Below, one piece after another: positions 42,220-53,838 of a stretch of 64,000 bases of DNA. Below the pieces are notes generated by a model that saw only the letters and a list, made by a program, of their open reading frames with translations, was not told the DNA's origin and did not search any database. Numbering within the stretch: position 1 is the stretch's first letter; each line of letters begins with the position of its first letter. This stretch comes from a virus: positions 1-64,000 of the IMG/VR virus record IMGVR_UViG_3300044799_000154. The stretch is one strand, 5' to 3'. The position numbers were made by a program, and so were the translations under genes.

Positions 42220-42932
42220 AGCCTACTGATCAGCAACTCAAAGAGTTCATTGCAAAGAAGAAAGGAAAAGAAATCACAGAAAGAGTAGAAACATTTGAAC
42301 CCATAGAACAAGCTGGTGTTGAGAAAGCTAAGATTCTTCAAGTTTCTGAAGAACAACCAAGAAAGAAAATGATTTTATCTAAGATGACTGAAGAAGAGAA
42401 AGAAATGTTTAATGCTAGGAATGAATGGATACGAGAACAAAGACGCAAAGCTTCAATAGAGAAAATACTCGAAAAAATGGGAAAGAACAAGTATTCAGGA
42501 TTAATAGGTCAGAAAATAAATATCATGGGAGAACTTTACGAGGTAAAAGCCATTGGAAGAAAACCAAAAGATACAAGAACCAAGTAAGGAATCTTTTCCC
42601 AGTTGCGAAGAATGTGCATGGAAGCTTGAAACCTTATCTGGAATCAGTCCATGTGAGTATTGTATAAGGAATCCAGAAATAGTTTCCAAGCGATGGAAAG
42701 GACCAAAAGAACTTAGCATTAAAGGTGTTCAGATGAAAGTTCCAAGAGATATGTATATCTCAAAGGAAATGCTAGATTTCTTTAAGATAATAATTTCAAC
42801 CTATTCCAGAGAAAATGAGATGCTACAAGCAATGATGGAAAGAAACAAGAGAAGTCCTCCTATCTTGAAGCCAATGTGGGAATATCCTTATTGGAAGATA
42901 ATTACAGTAGATAATAAAACCTATCAGACTAC

Positions 42933-43346
42933 TTGGATGTCTTATGCTGTCCAAATGAGAAAAGGAAGTATGCTAGTTTAGAAAGTGAGAACTTGGAAAG
43001 AAGACCAAAACAATGGGGAGAAGAGATAGTTTGTATTGATGAGCCAGAGTATGCTATGAAGATTCTAAAGATAAAGAAGCTTCATCATACTTCAATGCAT
43101 TATCATCCTACCAAGAAAGAAACTTTCTATGTTCTTGAAGGAGAACTCAAAGTTCATCTTCAAACTGGTTGCTGTGGTAGCTTCTGTCCTGTAATGAAAG
43201 ACCAAACATATACAATTCTTCCAGGTACTAAGCATAGTATTCATGCAGTAATGGATGCTATTATAATTGAAGTCTCTACTCAACCAAAGGATGACTCTAT
43301 TAGGATTGAAAGCCAACAAGGTGAAGAAATTGCAACAAAGAACTGA
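42933..43346 (+). CDS. cupin (sugar isomerase-like) protein
   Basis: K.WGEE, SMHYH..K.ETFYVLEG, I.PGTKH, IEVST. Confidence 0.8.
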   Translation: MDVLCCPNEKRKYASLESENLERRPKQWGEEIVCIDEPEYAMKILKIKKLHHTSMHYHPTKKETFYVLEGELKVHLQTGCCGSFCPVMKDQTYTILPGTKHSIHAVMDAIIIEVSTQPKDDSIRIESQQGEEIATKN

Positions 43347-43519
43347 GTCCTGGGATATTAGAGGATGGTCTCTCCAACAAATAAAAGACAAACTTAATGG
43401 TATTTTTAGAAGAAAAGAAATTGCTATAGAAGAGATTCATGTTACCCCTCAGACTTTACGAATTAAATATTATGAGAAAGAGTCAAATGAAGTGGTGAAT
43501 CCTAGTAAGAGGTATTAAG

Positions 43520-44182
43520 ATGGAAACAATAATCCTAGCGGGTGGTTCTGGAAAACGACTGAGGCTGGAGACAAAAACACCAAAGCCACTTCTCAAGCTG
43601 AATGGAACAACATTAATAGATTATCAATTGAAGTGGTTATCCTCTTATGGGTTTGATAAGTTCTATGTTCCCAGTCATGATAAAATTAAAACCAAAACTC
43701 CTATTGTTTGGATTAAAGAACCAAAGGAGAAATTGGGGACAGGAGGAGCAATTAAGATAGCTCTTCAGAAAGTTCAAGATTCTAGAGTCTATATTATGAA
43801 CGTAGATGACATCGTATTCTATGATCCAAATACGCTTGTTAAGGAAGCATATCTTGGAGGGTCAATCTTAGTAACCAAACCAGTCTCAGGATTTGGAAGA
43901 GTAGAATTTGACAATGCTGATAATGTCTCTCAGTTTGTTGAGAAACCAGAGATGCCTTGGAGTACAAGTTGTGGACATTATGCAATGAAGAGAGATGTTC
44001 TTATGAAGTATCTTCCAGATAAAGGAGATATCGAAGTATGCACTTTCCAGCCTATGGCTACTGCTAAGTTATTGAGAGTTTTAGAGTACAACGGAACGTG
44101 GATAACAATAAATACATTTAAAGATTTAGATAAAGCAAGAGGAGAATTACATGCAACTAAAGCTCTCACCTTATACCTTTAA
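43520..44182 (+). CDS. sugar-phosphate nucleotidyltransferase
   Basis: ILAGGSGKRL..PKPLL, LGTGGA, F.EKP. Confidence 0.9.
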   Translation: METIILAGGSGKRLRLETKTPKPLLKLNGTTLIDYQLKWLSSYGFDKFYVPSHDKIKTKTPIVWIKEPKEKLGTGGAIKIALQKVQDSRVYIMNVDDIVFYDPNTLVKEAYLGGSILVTKPVSGFGRVEFDNADNVSQFVEKPEMPWSTSCGHYAMKRDVLMKYLPDKGDIEVCTFQPMATAKLLRVLEYNGTWITINTFKDLDKARGELHATKALTLYL

Positions 44183-44337
44183 ACGATATACTTATCCAAA
44201 CAAAGTAGGATGGCTTGGTTGGATAGAAACTAACAAGGATACTATTTATATAGATCTTCAAGGTAAGATGTATCATTGGAAACTAGAAAAGGTTTCTTGT
44301 AATAAAGTATTCAATCCCTCTTATCGTTGGTGATAAT

Positions 44338-45585
44338 TTGAAATTACAAAATAGTCCTTTTACTAAAGAATTTTTTAAGCTCTCATATGGGAAATATGGG
44401 AACTTGGGATTATTCTGGGGACCACTCATCCTATTAACTTCTTGTTATGTTGTAGCTCCAGAGAAGTTCTTAATGATGAAATGGGGCTATTCTGGAGTAG
44501 GTAAAACGATATCTGATAAGGTTTCTTTATTTTTTGTAGAACCATCTGCTGGAGGTAAACCAGCCAATGGGCAAGAAGAGGAAGTGCCTTATCTAATTCT
44601 TTCGGCTAGATTAACTCCAGCAGGGCTTGGAAAGATGCTCAAAAATGAGAAAGTCTCTGCTTATAAATTCCGCAAGGCTAATTTGATTCTATATGAAGAT
44701 TTGTCAAAGGCGACTACTTCTTATCTTCAGAAGACTGCTGTTACTTTCTTAGCTGCCCTTACTGAATCCAAGACTTTAGATGATATTACATCTGATGGTG
44801 CAGGTCTAGGACTTCCTATGTCTGATAAGAAAAAGAAATGTATGCTCTCAGGCACACCATCTCAATTTGATTTCATTAGTTCACAAGATGTCTTCACAGA
44901 ATATATTGATAGACGTAGTATCTCTATCTTTCTTTTGATGTCATCTGATGAATGGAATGAAAGAATCAATAGAGCTAGAAATGGTACATTCTCTAGAGAT
45001 GATGATAAGATAATAGAGGAATGGAAAAGATTAATCTCTGATGCTTTTGTCAAATCTGATATTCAACCAGAAAGTGCTTGTCCAGATATTCACATTGATA
45101 TGACTTCTCAAGCTAGGCAAGAAGTCTATGATGAGATGCTTAAAATCAAAAGATTCCCAGAGAACTTGATGTTAATGATAGATGCTCTAGCTAAAGGTCA
45201 TGCTATGTTGAATGGAAGAAACTGTACTTGCAATGAAGATTATGAAGTTCTAGGAAAGCTATTCTCTAGGTATCTATTCATTGGAAGCGTCAGGAAGAAG
45301 GAATTCCTACTCATTGAAGAAATCATGAGAAATAATGGCAGAGTATCTATGAAATATCTAGTTCACATATTACAAGGAAGAACCCAAGGAAGCAATCTAC
45401 CAGAAGTAATATCTGTTGAGAAGACTATCAAGAAGTATGCTGAATTGTCTCCATTCATAGAATACAAGTTGATGGATGAGCCTTATGGTAATTTGAGAAG
45501 ACAAGTAGCCTATTTAGAGCTTACAGATAATTTGAAGAAGATAATCTCAGAATGCATGAGAGAAACTAAGGAAGCAATCCAATGA
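44338..45585 (+). CDS. AAA+ ATPase, MCM-like helicase
   Basis: Walker A GYSGVGKT, TPAGL, Walker B LYED, lid GHAMLNGR....EDY. Confidence 0.6.
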   Translation: MKLQNSPFTKEFFKLSYGKYGNLGLFWGPLILLTSCYVVAPEKFLMMKWGYSGVGKTISDKVSLFFVEPSAGGKPANGQEEEVPYLILSARLTPAGLGKMLKNEKVSAYKFRKANLILYEDLSKATTSYLQKTAVTFLAALTESKTLDDITSDGAGLGLPMSDKKKKCMLSGTPSQFDFISSQDVFTEYIDRRSISIFLLMSSDEWNERINRARNGTFSRDDDKIIEEWKRLISDAFVKSDIQPESACPDIHIDMTSQARQEVYDEMLKIKRFPENLMLMIDALAKGHAMLNGRNCTCNEDYEVLGKLFSRYLFIGSVRKKEFLLIEEIMRNNGRVSMKYLVHILQGRTQGSNLPEVISVEKTIKKYAELSPFIEYKLMDEPYGNLRRQVAYLELTDNLKKIISECMRETKEAIQ

Positions 45586-45821
45586 CAGAACAGAAAGACT
45601 TAAATCCCTCAAAGCGTACTCAGAAAGAAGAGGACGATATTCTCTGGAACCTCAAAAAAGAATTAGAACTTTATCGAACCAAATATTGGAATGAAGTTAA
45701 AGCAATCCATATATGGAGAGATAAGGAATGGAACATGGAAAAGAAAAGGAACGAGTGGAGATTATGCTTCATTATGTTTATTGTTCTCATGGTTATCCTC
45801 AAATTAATAAAAGTGATATAA

Positions 45822-46169
45822 ATGAAAGAAGAAGAATATCTAAAATTGATTGAAGAGTCATGGAAGAGACGAAAAGCAATCCATACAAAGAAGAGCCATG
45901 ATTATGCTACTGAAGATGTACTCTCAAATTTCAAGAGAGTAGCTCAAATGATAGAGATTCTAGGTGTAGACCCAACTACTCCTCATGGAATAGCTTGTGT
46001 ATACATTATCTTGAAAATGGATAGATTCTGTAATCTTGCTTTCCGTAAGAGTGGAGAAGAACCTAGCAATGAAGCCGTTGAAGATACATTGGATGATTGG
46101 AAGAGTTATCTAGACTTGTTAGACGCAAATTGGTTGGAGTATAGGAAGAAACAACAAACTCCCACTTGA
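45822..46169 (+). CDS. DUF1599-like (nucleotide-modification-associated) protein
   Basis: KKSHDYA..SNF..K.DR..N..E...DT..D..Y. Confidence 0.55.
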   Translation: MKEEEYLKLIEESWKRRKAIHTKKSHDYATEDVLSNFKRVAQMIEILGVDPTTPHGIACVYIILKMDRFCNLAFRKSGEEPSNEAVEDTLDDWKSYLDLLDANWLEYRKKQQTPT

Positions 46170-46854
46170 TAGAGTCGAGAGAGTTAGTTCTTCTAGGAAT
46201 GGATGGAAGGATGGATAAAATGTTTTTCAGATTAACTAACTCTACAGAGATTTCTAGGTGAAAGGAGTTCTGTTTCTTCCAACAGCAAAGAGGTATTCTG
46301 AATGAATGGAGTAGATTATGAAGCGATGATTAGAGCTAGAGTTAAGACAAGACCTGTCTCATTAAGAGAGAACTTGGACACAAAGCATGGAATCTCACTA
46401 TTCCAGAAACTGAATCTAGAAAAATCTTTCAAAGTATTGAAAACATATCCAATCAAGAATCTTGGAACTAGTCATGAATACATTGAGATTGTTGAGTGTC
46501 CTAGATGCAAAGAGGAATTTCCAAGACTTGTTAGGTCAGGATGTTTTAATGTGCATATTGACCCAGAAACTTGTCCAAAATGTAATTATCCTTTTAACAT
46601 TCAACCAAAAGATGAAGATATTAATCCATCAAAAAGATAAGGAGGAAGAATATGTCAAAGAAAGAAGAAAAGGAAGCTGAACTGTCTGATGTCTTAAAGG
46701 AAGCATCAAAGAGAAAGAAGATTCCAGAAATAGTTGCTGGAGTACCTATCTCTGAGAAAGAAGAGACATTCCCTGATGGACAACAGGCTAAGGGAGAGAA
46801 GCTTCCACCTGAGAAAGTAGAAGTAAAGAAAGAAGAAAAGAAGGAATAGATTTC

Positions 46855-48390
46855 ATGACTAACTATACGATGAAATCCTTGATAAACAATGGGATTTATG
46901 TAGCTCCTATTGAGTATCATGGATTCACTATCAAAGTCAAAGGTAAACCTGTTAAGCTTAATACTAAAGCTGAACAGATGGCAATTGCTTGGTGTCGTAG
47001 ATTACTAAGTCCTACTCTTTCTAAACCAGATGAAGTTATGATAAAGAATTTTATGGAAGACTTCTCTAAAGAACTCTCTTTAACTACACAATATTCTGAA
47101 GTGGATTTTACTGAAGTTTTATCGTGGTTAACCTTGGAAAAAGGATCCAGGGAGACGATGACCAAAGAGTTAAAGAAAGCACTTTCATTAGAACGAAAAG
47201 GAATCCGTGAGAAACTCAAAGAACATTATGGTTTTGCTATTGTAGATGGCAAGACTCTTGAGATAGGTAATTGGGCTTCTGAACCATCCTGTCTATTTGT
47301 AGGAAGAGGAAACCATCCAATGAGAGGACATTGGAAGGAAGGTCCAAAGGAAGAAGATATTATACTCAATCTTAGTCCTAATGCTCCAAGACCTAAAGGG
47401 AATTGGAAGAGCATTGTGTGGGAACCCAATAAGATGTATCTTGCAAAGTGGGTTGACAAATTATGTGGCAAGGTGAAGTATGTCTTATTTTCTGACTCAG
47501 CATTTCTTAAGCAAGATAGAGAGAAAGCTAAGTTCGAGAAAGCAGAACTCCTCGGGAAGAACATTCAAGTTGTTGAGAAGCATATTCAAACTAATCTTAA
47601 CGCTAAAGATTTGAAAAGACGAAAAGTAGCAACAGTTAGTTACCTCATCTTAGCAGTAAACATGAGAGTTGGAGATGAGAAAGACCCTGATGAAGCAGAT
47701 ACTGTTGGAGCTATCACTTTAAGACCTCAACATCTAACTATCTTAGGAAATGAGATTCTCTTTGATTTCCTTGGAAAAGATTCTGTTAGATGGGAGAAGA
47801 AAATCATAGCATCACCACAAGTTATAAACAATCTACAGGACTTTGCTACTCATTGTAAGGATTATCTCTTTGAAGGAATAACTTCAAGTGATGTTAAGGA
47901 ATTCTTATCAGAAGCATTGTCTGGATTATCAGCGAAAACATTCAGGACTTGGAAATGTACAGATAGAGTAAAAGCTTATCTAGACCAATGTGGTGCCAAG
48001 AAAACAGATACAGATGACGTAAAGAAGTATCATGCTAAGAAAGCTAATCTAGAAGCTGCTAAGATTGCCAATCATAAAAGGAAAGTACCAGATAACTTTG
48101 ATCAAAAGTTGAATGAACGAGATATGAAAATCGAGGAAGAAAATAAAAGACTTAGAGAACTGATGAAGCAAGGAAAAGCTAGTGACTTTGCTATCAGGAA
48201 AGTAAGAAAAGCTGAGATGGAAGTAGACTTAGCTAAAGAAGCAAGGGATTACAATCTCAATACGTCTCTTAAGAATTATATAGACCCTAGTGTGTATGTT
48301 CAATGGGCAAAGAAGGTAGACTTCAGTTTGAAGAATCTATACTCTAAGACTCTCCAAAAGAAATTTAGTTGGTTATTTGAAGATGAGTAA
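46855..48390 (+). CDS. DNA topoisomerase IB (eukaryote/Thaumarchaeota-type)
   Basis: GRGNHPMRG, RVGDEKD, DTVGA..LR, FLGKDS, KTFRT, NHKR and TSLKNYIDP (catalytic Tyr). Confidence 0.95.
   Translation: MTNYTMKSLINNGIYVAPIEYHGFTIKVKGKPVKLNTKAEQMAIAWCRRLLSPTLSKPDEVMIKNFMEDFSKELSLTTQYSEVDFTEVLSWLTLEKGSRETMTKELKKALSLERKGIREKLKEHYGFAIVDGKTLEIGNWASEPSCLFVGRGNHPMRGHWKEGPKEEDIILNLSPNAPRPKGNWKSIVWEPNKMYLAKWVDKLCGKVKYVLFSDSAFLKQDREKAKFEKAELLGKNIQVVEKHIQTNLNAKDLKRRKVATVSYLILAVNMRVGDEKDPDEADTVGAITLRPQHLTILGNEILFDFLGKDSVRWEKKIIASPQVINNLQDFATHCKDYLFEGITSSDVKEFLSEALSGLSAKTFRTWKCTDRVKAYLDQCGAKKTDTDDVKKYHAKKANLEAAKIANHKRKVPDNFDQKLNERDMKIEEENKRLRELMKQGKASDFAIRKVRKAEMEVDLAKEARDYNLNTSLKNYIDPSVYVQWAKKVDFSLKNLYSKTLQKKFSWLFEDE
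47123..47136. repeat. dispersed palindrome copy (CGTGGTTAACCTTG)
   Basis: 12/14 match, inside the Topo IB gene. Confidence 0.6.
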
Positions 48391-48673
48391 AATATATATA
48401 CCTCTAACAAAAGAGATTAAAATTCAAGGATATAAGTTCAAGATAAAAGCTCTCACATTTGAAGACCTGAGAGTTCTAAGTTCTATCGACCAAACTAATG
48501 CCATAGAGTTCACCAAGACAGTCATGGAAAGAGGAGTATTGAAATCAGAAGCAGATATTTCTTCATTACCTATTCCATTGTATACTGAACTTCTTAAGGA
48601 AATCATGGATTTCTCTGGTCTTGGACAAGGAAACAATATTTTCAATCCTTCAGCGAGGAAACAAATACCTTGA
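48377..48673 (+). CDS. hypothetical protein, weakly tail-assembly-chaperone-like; NPSxR tag
   Basis: FKIKALTFEDL..I.DFSG pattern; FNPSAR. Confidence 0.4.
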   Translation: MKMSKIYIPLTKEIKIQGYKFKIKALTFEDLRVLSSIDQTNAIEFTKTVMERGVLKSEADISSLPIPLYTELLKEIMDFSGLGQGNNIFNPSARKQIP

Positions 48674-48712
48674 AAAGACGAAAAGTGAGATCTCGTTTTC
48701 CCATCAAACGTA

Positions 48713-48726
48713 CTCGGTTAACCATG
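48713..48726. repeat. dispersed palindrome copy (CTCGGTTAACCATG)
   Basis: GGTTAACCATGG core. Confidence 0.65.
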
Positions 48727-49710
48727 GTAAAAAGACCTCGAATAAGAATTCCTTCTTATGAAGAGCAATATCCTCATGATATGTTGTATCATCCTTCTCC
48801 CTCAATGAAAAGACTTGAGAAGATGATTGAAAAGGAGGACTTTAATCCTTCAAGACGCAGACAAAGAAAACTTAAGCAAATCTTGGATGAAGATACAGAA
48901 TTTGATAATGAGAATGACACTTAAGTAAAGGAATAATTATGGACCCTAGTAAAAGAGTAAACAAGAATCCTCATGTCACACCTGGTTGCCAAGGTTGTAT
49001 TTATGAAAATCAAGATAATCCTACTAAGAGACCTTGCTTTCTATGCGTTAGAAAAGAATTCATGATCATAGATAGCAAATTAACTACAAGGGAATTGATG
49101 GCTCATTACAAAGAATATTTTGAGGAAGGCAAACAAACGTATAGAGATCATTATATGCCTCATGAAAAGGTTTAGGGAAGGATAAAATGACTGAGACTCG
49201 GAAATTAGATGTATGGAAATTGAAAGATAGACAACTGATTGAGAAGCTTCCATGTGCTTTCTGTGGAAAACATAAGATAAGCTTTAGAAGCTCAGATGGA
49301 TATGAATCTCATTTCTCAGATTCAGACTTTGATTGTCTCAATTGTGGTTGTTGTTATCCTGTTGGTTTATTCATACCAGACAAGACTCTAGATGAATGCA
49401 AGGAAATGATGAAAAGGAGAGCATTGGGATATTATACTCAACTTCAGAAAGATTACCTAGAAAAATCTGAGATTGCTACAAGATTGAAGAAACAAATGAA
49501 AATGTATGAGGATAATTTCAATCCATCAAAGAGGGAAGAACTTGGAAGATGACAGACCTCGTTGTATAGATTGTGCTATGTATCAAATAGGATGTAGAAG
49601 TGAAGAGCTCTTATGTTGTTCTTGCTGTCCTGAGTATAGAAGAATCCCTGGAGATTGGAGAATAGTTATAGATAGATTACTCATCAGAATAACTAGATGG
49701 TGGTTGAAAC

Positions 49711-50007
49711 ATGGAAATAAAGGACTATATTAGACTTTGTGGAGAATCTGCAAATAGGAAAGGTTGGAGAGTAACCTGGGAACAACTCCCTGCTTTTCTC
49801 ATGGCTACTATAGATGAACTAACAAATGGCTTTGAGAAAGGTTGGAGAGATGATAATCCAGAGAAAATGAATGAAGAGATCGGAGATTGTTTTGTCAGGC
49901 TCTTTCATATATGTCACGATCTAGATATACCAATTGAAGATATCTTAAAGAAGATAATGAAAAACAATGAGAAGAGGATAAAGTTACATGGGCACAAGCG
50001 GATTTAA
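49711..50007 (+). CDS. MazG-like NTP pyrophosphatase
   Basis: DEL..EEIGDCFVRL..KM..NEKR. Confidence 0.75.
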   Translation: MEIKDYIRLCGESANRKGWRVTWEQLPAFLMATIDELTNGFEKGWRDDNPEKMNEEIGDCFVRLFHICHDLDIPIEDILKKIMKNNEKRIKLHGHKRI

Positions 50008-50772
50008 TCCTAGTCTTCGAAGAAAAGTAATTCAATTGGGAAAAGTCTACATTCCTCCTAATTACATGATTGCTAAAATCTGGAGAAAACCTGATTACAG
50101 AAAAGATATTGCATATTCCTGTAATATTCATGTTGCTACTTTAGCTTCCTTAACAGAGCAACAAACTAACAGAATAATCTCAGTGTCCAAAGTTAAACCT
50201 TTGGTTAAATATCCACTCAAACTCTGGAGGAATGCTGGAGTTACTACAAGTTATTTTGATATAGAAAAAGTTGTGGCTGCTTTTGATTATCCTTTGAAAC
50301 AAAAATGTGTTCTAACAATTCGTCCTACTCTAGATTCTAATGGACATTCCATGCTTATGAATATTGGTTACTTCTTATGGCAAGTAGCTAGAGCTTATCA
50401 AGATATAGTTTATGTGAGTCCTCAGAAATATGGTATTTGGGGTCATGGTTTAAATGATCTTTACTTTGAAACTATAATTTTGAAGAAAATATCGCCTAAG
50501 AATTATTATGGAGTAGTTGATTTTGGGTCTTAATAACAATAATGCAATAAAGACTAGAGAAAAAACAGGGAAGGAAATCTTTTGCCCTGTTTGTGGATCT
50601 AAGGTTAAACCTAAATGTCCATTCTATGCTTTTTGTACTTACAGATTAAATGATCTGGGAATTCCTCATCTTTGTGTATCTCATCCTGAGATGTGTGATT
50701 TCTTCAAAAGTCAAGGAGGAATTTCCAAGATGAATGTTGAAGTTAACCCGAGTAGAAGAGATGAACTAGATT

Positions 50773-52500
50773 ATGAGCCTATCTGAGAATGCTAAATATA
50801 TTCTTAAACAAAGATACTTAAAGAAAGATGAAAATAGAGAGACCATAGAGTCTCCTAGACAATTGTTCAGACGAGTATCTAGAGCTATCGCTGAAGTTGA
50901 TTTGAAGTATGGAAAAACAAAGGAAGAAATAAAGAAAGAGGAAACTGATTTTCTAAACATGATGCTCAAGTTTGAATTCTTACCTAATTCACCAACTTTG
51001 ATGAATGCAGGAACAGACCTGGGACAATTGTCTGCTTGCTTTGTATTGCCAGTAGATGATGATATAGATGCTATCTTTGAAGCTGTTCATTATACTGCTA
51101 AGATACATAAAACAGGAGGAGGAACAGGAATGTCTTTCTCTAGACTTAGACCTAAAGATGATGTGGTCAAGTCTACAGGAGGAATAGCTTCTGGTCCAAT
51201 ATCTTTTATGACTGTCTTTGATTCTGCTACTGAAGTGATAAAGCAAGGAGGAAAACGTAGAGGAGCTAATATGGGACTTCTAAGAGTAGATCATCCAGAC
51301 ATATTTGACTTCATAGTTCTAAAAGAAAAAGAAGGAGTTCTGAGGAATTTCAATATCTCCATTGGACTCACTAAAGAATTCATGGATGCTGTAGAGAAAG
51401 ATTTGGACTTTAATCTGGTTAATCCTAAGACACATAAGGTTTCCAAGACTATTAGAGCTAGAGCTCTATGGAATCTAATAATTACTATGAGTTGGAAGAA
51501 TGGAGAACCAGGTATTATCTTCTTGGATAAGATGAATGATACAAATCCAACTCCAGACCTCGGAGACATAGAGTCTACTAATCCTTGTGCAGAACAACCA
51601 CTTCTTCCCTATGAGTCTTGTAATCTTGGGTCTATCAACCTATCAAAGTTTGTTAAGAATGGAAAAATAGAATGGACAAAGTTAAGAAAAATAATACGTC
51701 TATCAGTTAGATTCCTAGATAATGTAGTAGATGCTAACAAGTATCCTTTGCCACAAATAGAACAGATGACATTGGGAAATAGGAAAATAGGACTTGGAGC
51801 AATGGGTTGGGCAGATATGCTCTTAATGCTAGGCATACGCTATGATTCTGATCAAGGAATAGACCTAGCTAAGAAGATAATGCAGTTCATTCAGAAAGAG
51901 GGATTCCAAATGTCTCAAGAACTTGGGAAGGAGAAAGGTAATTTCCCAAATATCTCCAAGAGTATCTACAAAGATTTATCTTTTCTAAGGAATGCAACGA
52001 TCACTACAATAGCTCCCACTGGAACTATTAGTATTATTGCTAATTGCTCAAGTGGAATTGAACCTATCTATGCTGTTGTTCAAAGAAGAAATGTTAAGGA
52101 AACTCTAGGAAAAGACTTGATAGAGGTTAATCCAGCTATTAGACATTCACTAGAATTGAAAGGATTATGGAGTCCTCAAATGGAAGAAGCTCTAAAGAAG
52201 ACTCAATGTATTAAATGTAGCTTACTACCGAAAGAGACCAAGGATGTAGTAGTTACATCTGCTGAGATAAAACCAGAATGGCATGTAAAGATGCAAGCAG
52301 CTTTCCAAGAATATACTAATAATGCAGTATCTAAGACAATTAATCTTCCTTCAGATGCTACTCCAAATGATATTGAGGATATTTATCTTTTAGCTTACAA
52401 GTTAAACTGTAAAGGAATAACAGTATATCGTGATGGTAGTAGGAAACATCAACTGTTAACAAAAGAGGAAGGAGTGTGTCCTGTCTGTGGCGACAATTAA
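50773..52500 (+). CDS. nrdJ: class II (adenosylcobalamin) ribonucleotide reductase
   Basis: PNSPTLMNAG, LSACFV, NPCAEQ, CNLGS, TIAPTGT, VSKTIN and C-terminal CPVC. Confidence 0.93.
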   Translation: MSLSENAKYILKQRYLKKDENRETIESPRQLFRRVSRAIAEVDLKYGKTKEEIKKEETDFLNMMLKFEFLPNSPTLMNAGTDLGQLSACFVLPVDDDIDAIFEAVHYTAKIHKTGGGTGMSFSRLRPKDDVVKSTGGIASGPISFMTVFDSATEVIKQGGKRRGANMGLLRVDHPDIFDFIVLKEKEGVLRNFNISIGLTKEFMDAVEKDLDFNLVNPKTHKVSKTIRARALWNLIITMSWKNGEPGIIFLDKMNDTNPTPDLGDIESTNPCAEQPLLPYESCNLGSINLSKFVKNGKIEWTKLRKIIRLSVRFLDNVVDANKYPLPQIEQMTLGNRKIGLGAMGWADMLLMLGIRYDSDQGIDLAKKIMQFIQKEGFQMSQELGKEKGNFPNISKSIYKDLSFLRNATITTIAPTGTISIIANCSSGIEPIYAVVQRRNVKETLGKDLIEVNPAIRHSLELKGLWSPQMEEALKKTQCIKCSLLPKETKDVVVTSAEIKPEWHVKMQAAFQEYTNNAVSKTINLPSDATPNDIEDIYLLAYKLNCKGITVYRDGSRKHQLLTKEEGVCPVCGDN

Positions 52501-53256
52501 GAAAGAATGTTTGGGACAACATGATTATGCTCGTGAGGATTGTTATTCTTGTCCTCAAAGAGTAGAATGTATGCTCAAGAAGTTTGAAAATAAAGAACAA
52601 TTTGATGATTGGGGAGATGGAGAGAAACCTAACTGCTTTGGAAGTTACAGAGGAAGAGCAGACTGTGGTTCTTGTGGATATAGAAAGGAATGCTCTGGAA
52701 TTAGCAAAGATATTCTTAAAGGAAAGACTCAGAAAAGACATGGTGGCAAGTACAAAAGTAGAGGCAAGGAAATAGAGAGGGATATCTATTGACAACTATT
52801 AGAGAAAGAATAGAAGATGACCAGTTCTTTCCATGGGTTATTAATCATTTTGTAAAACATAAAGGGCAAGTTCCACTTTGCTGTTTTTCCAATAAGAAAA
52901 CAAAGAAAGGGTGGGTTTTAAACTGCACTTGGTTACGGTCTCAAGGAGTAAAAGACCTCTCTTTTAAAGAGTTCCAAGTCAAATGTTTAGAATGTCAGAA
53001 AGAGATTGAAAAGAAAATAAGAGAATGGGATGAAGCTTATGGCAAAAGTTCATAGATATAAACACGGAAAGGGAGAAAGGATAACTGTTCTAAATAACAA
53101 TGGCACAGTAGGAGCCGTCATCTATATAGACAAAAAAGGTAATGTTCATTGTGATAGCTGGATTAATTACAATCAAACCAACAAGAAGAAATTTGATGGG
53201 GCTATGTATGATGATTCTAAATCTAAATCCAGAAAATTTGATCCATCTTATAGGGA

Positions 53257-53838
53257 ATGCAAAGGATTGATATCATGAGTTTACATCCAATTGATAGGCA
53301 AAAGAAGAATTGGACTGATGAAGAATTAGAAAAGATGTTTATATTTTGTCTATTAGATAGAGCAATGCCTTATGAAAAAGTATGCAAAGCTTTCAATCAT
53401 TTAGATCAATGTGGATTAACTACAAGAAATGGACTTAAACGAATATCTTATCCTTACAAAGATGAAGCACATATTGCTAATAAATTACGAGAAGTCGGCT
53501 ATCGCTTTCCTAATCAAACTGCTAAATTTCTAATGTTATTCGTTTCTAATCCAATTGATTTGAGAAATGCGTCCAGAGATGAGATTGCAGAGAATGTTAA
53601 GGGAATAGGGTATAAACTTGCTTCAATGTTCTTAAGAAATACTCGTGGAGAAGAATATGCTGTCTTAGATGTTCATGTCAAAAGATGGCTCAAAGAGAAA
53701 GGCATCCTATTCAAGAAATACAAAGATCAGGAAAGAGCATTCCTGAGTTTGGCTAGAGCTATGGGTAAAACTCCCTATGAGTTAGATATGGAAATATGGC
53801 AGGAACGTAGAATTGGGAACAAAAATAAATCCAAGTAA
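53257..53838 (+). CDS. ogg: 8-oxoguanine DNA glycosylase (archaeal OGG, HhH-GPD)
   Basis: GYRFPN, VKGIGYKLASMFLRN, AVLDVHV and LD..IW. Confidence 0.85.
   Translation: MQRIDIMSLHPIDRQKKNWTDEELEKMFIFCLLDRAMPYEKVCKAFNHLDQCGLTTRNGLKRISYPYKDEAHIANKLREVGYRFPNQTAKFLMLFVSNPIDLRNASRDEIAENVKGIGYKLASMFLRNTRGEEYAVLDVHVKRWLKEKGILFKKYKDQERAFLSLARAMGKTPYELDMEIWQERRIGNKNKSK

Noticed and set aside
46180-46243. 10-bp inverted repeat AGAGTTAGTT/AACTAACTCT
   Set aside because: A single short repeat with a long loop that overlaps a possible micro-ORF; could be chance.
447-48726. Palindrome copies as a CRISPR array
   Set aside because: Copies are kilobases apart, only 14 bp long, and lack regular spacers; no cas genes were seen.
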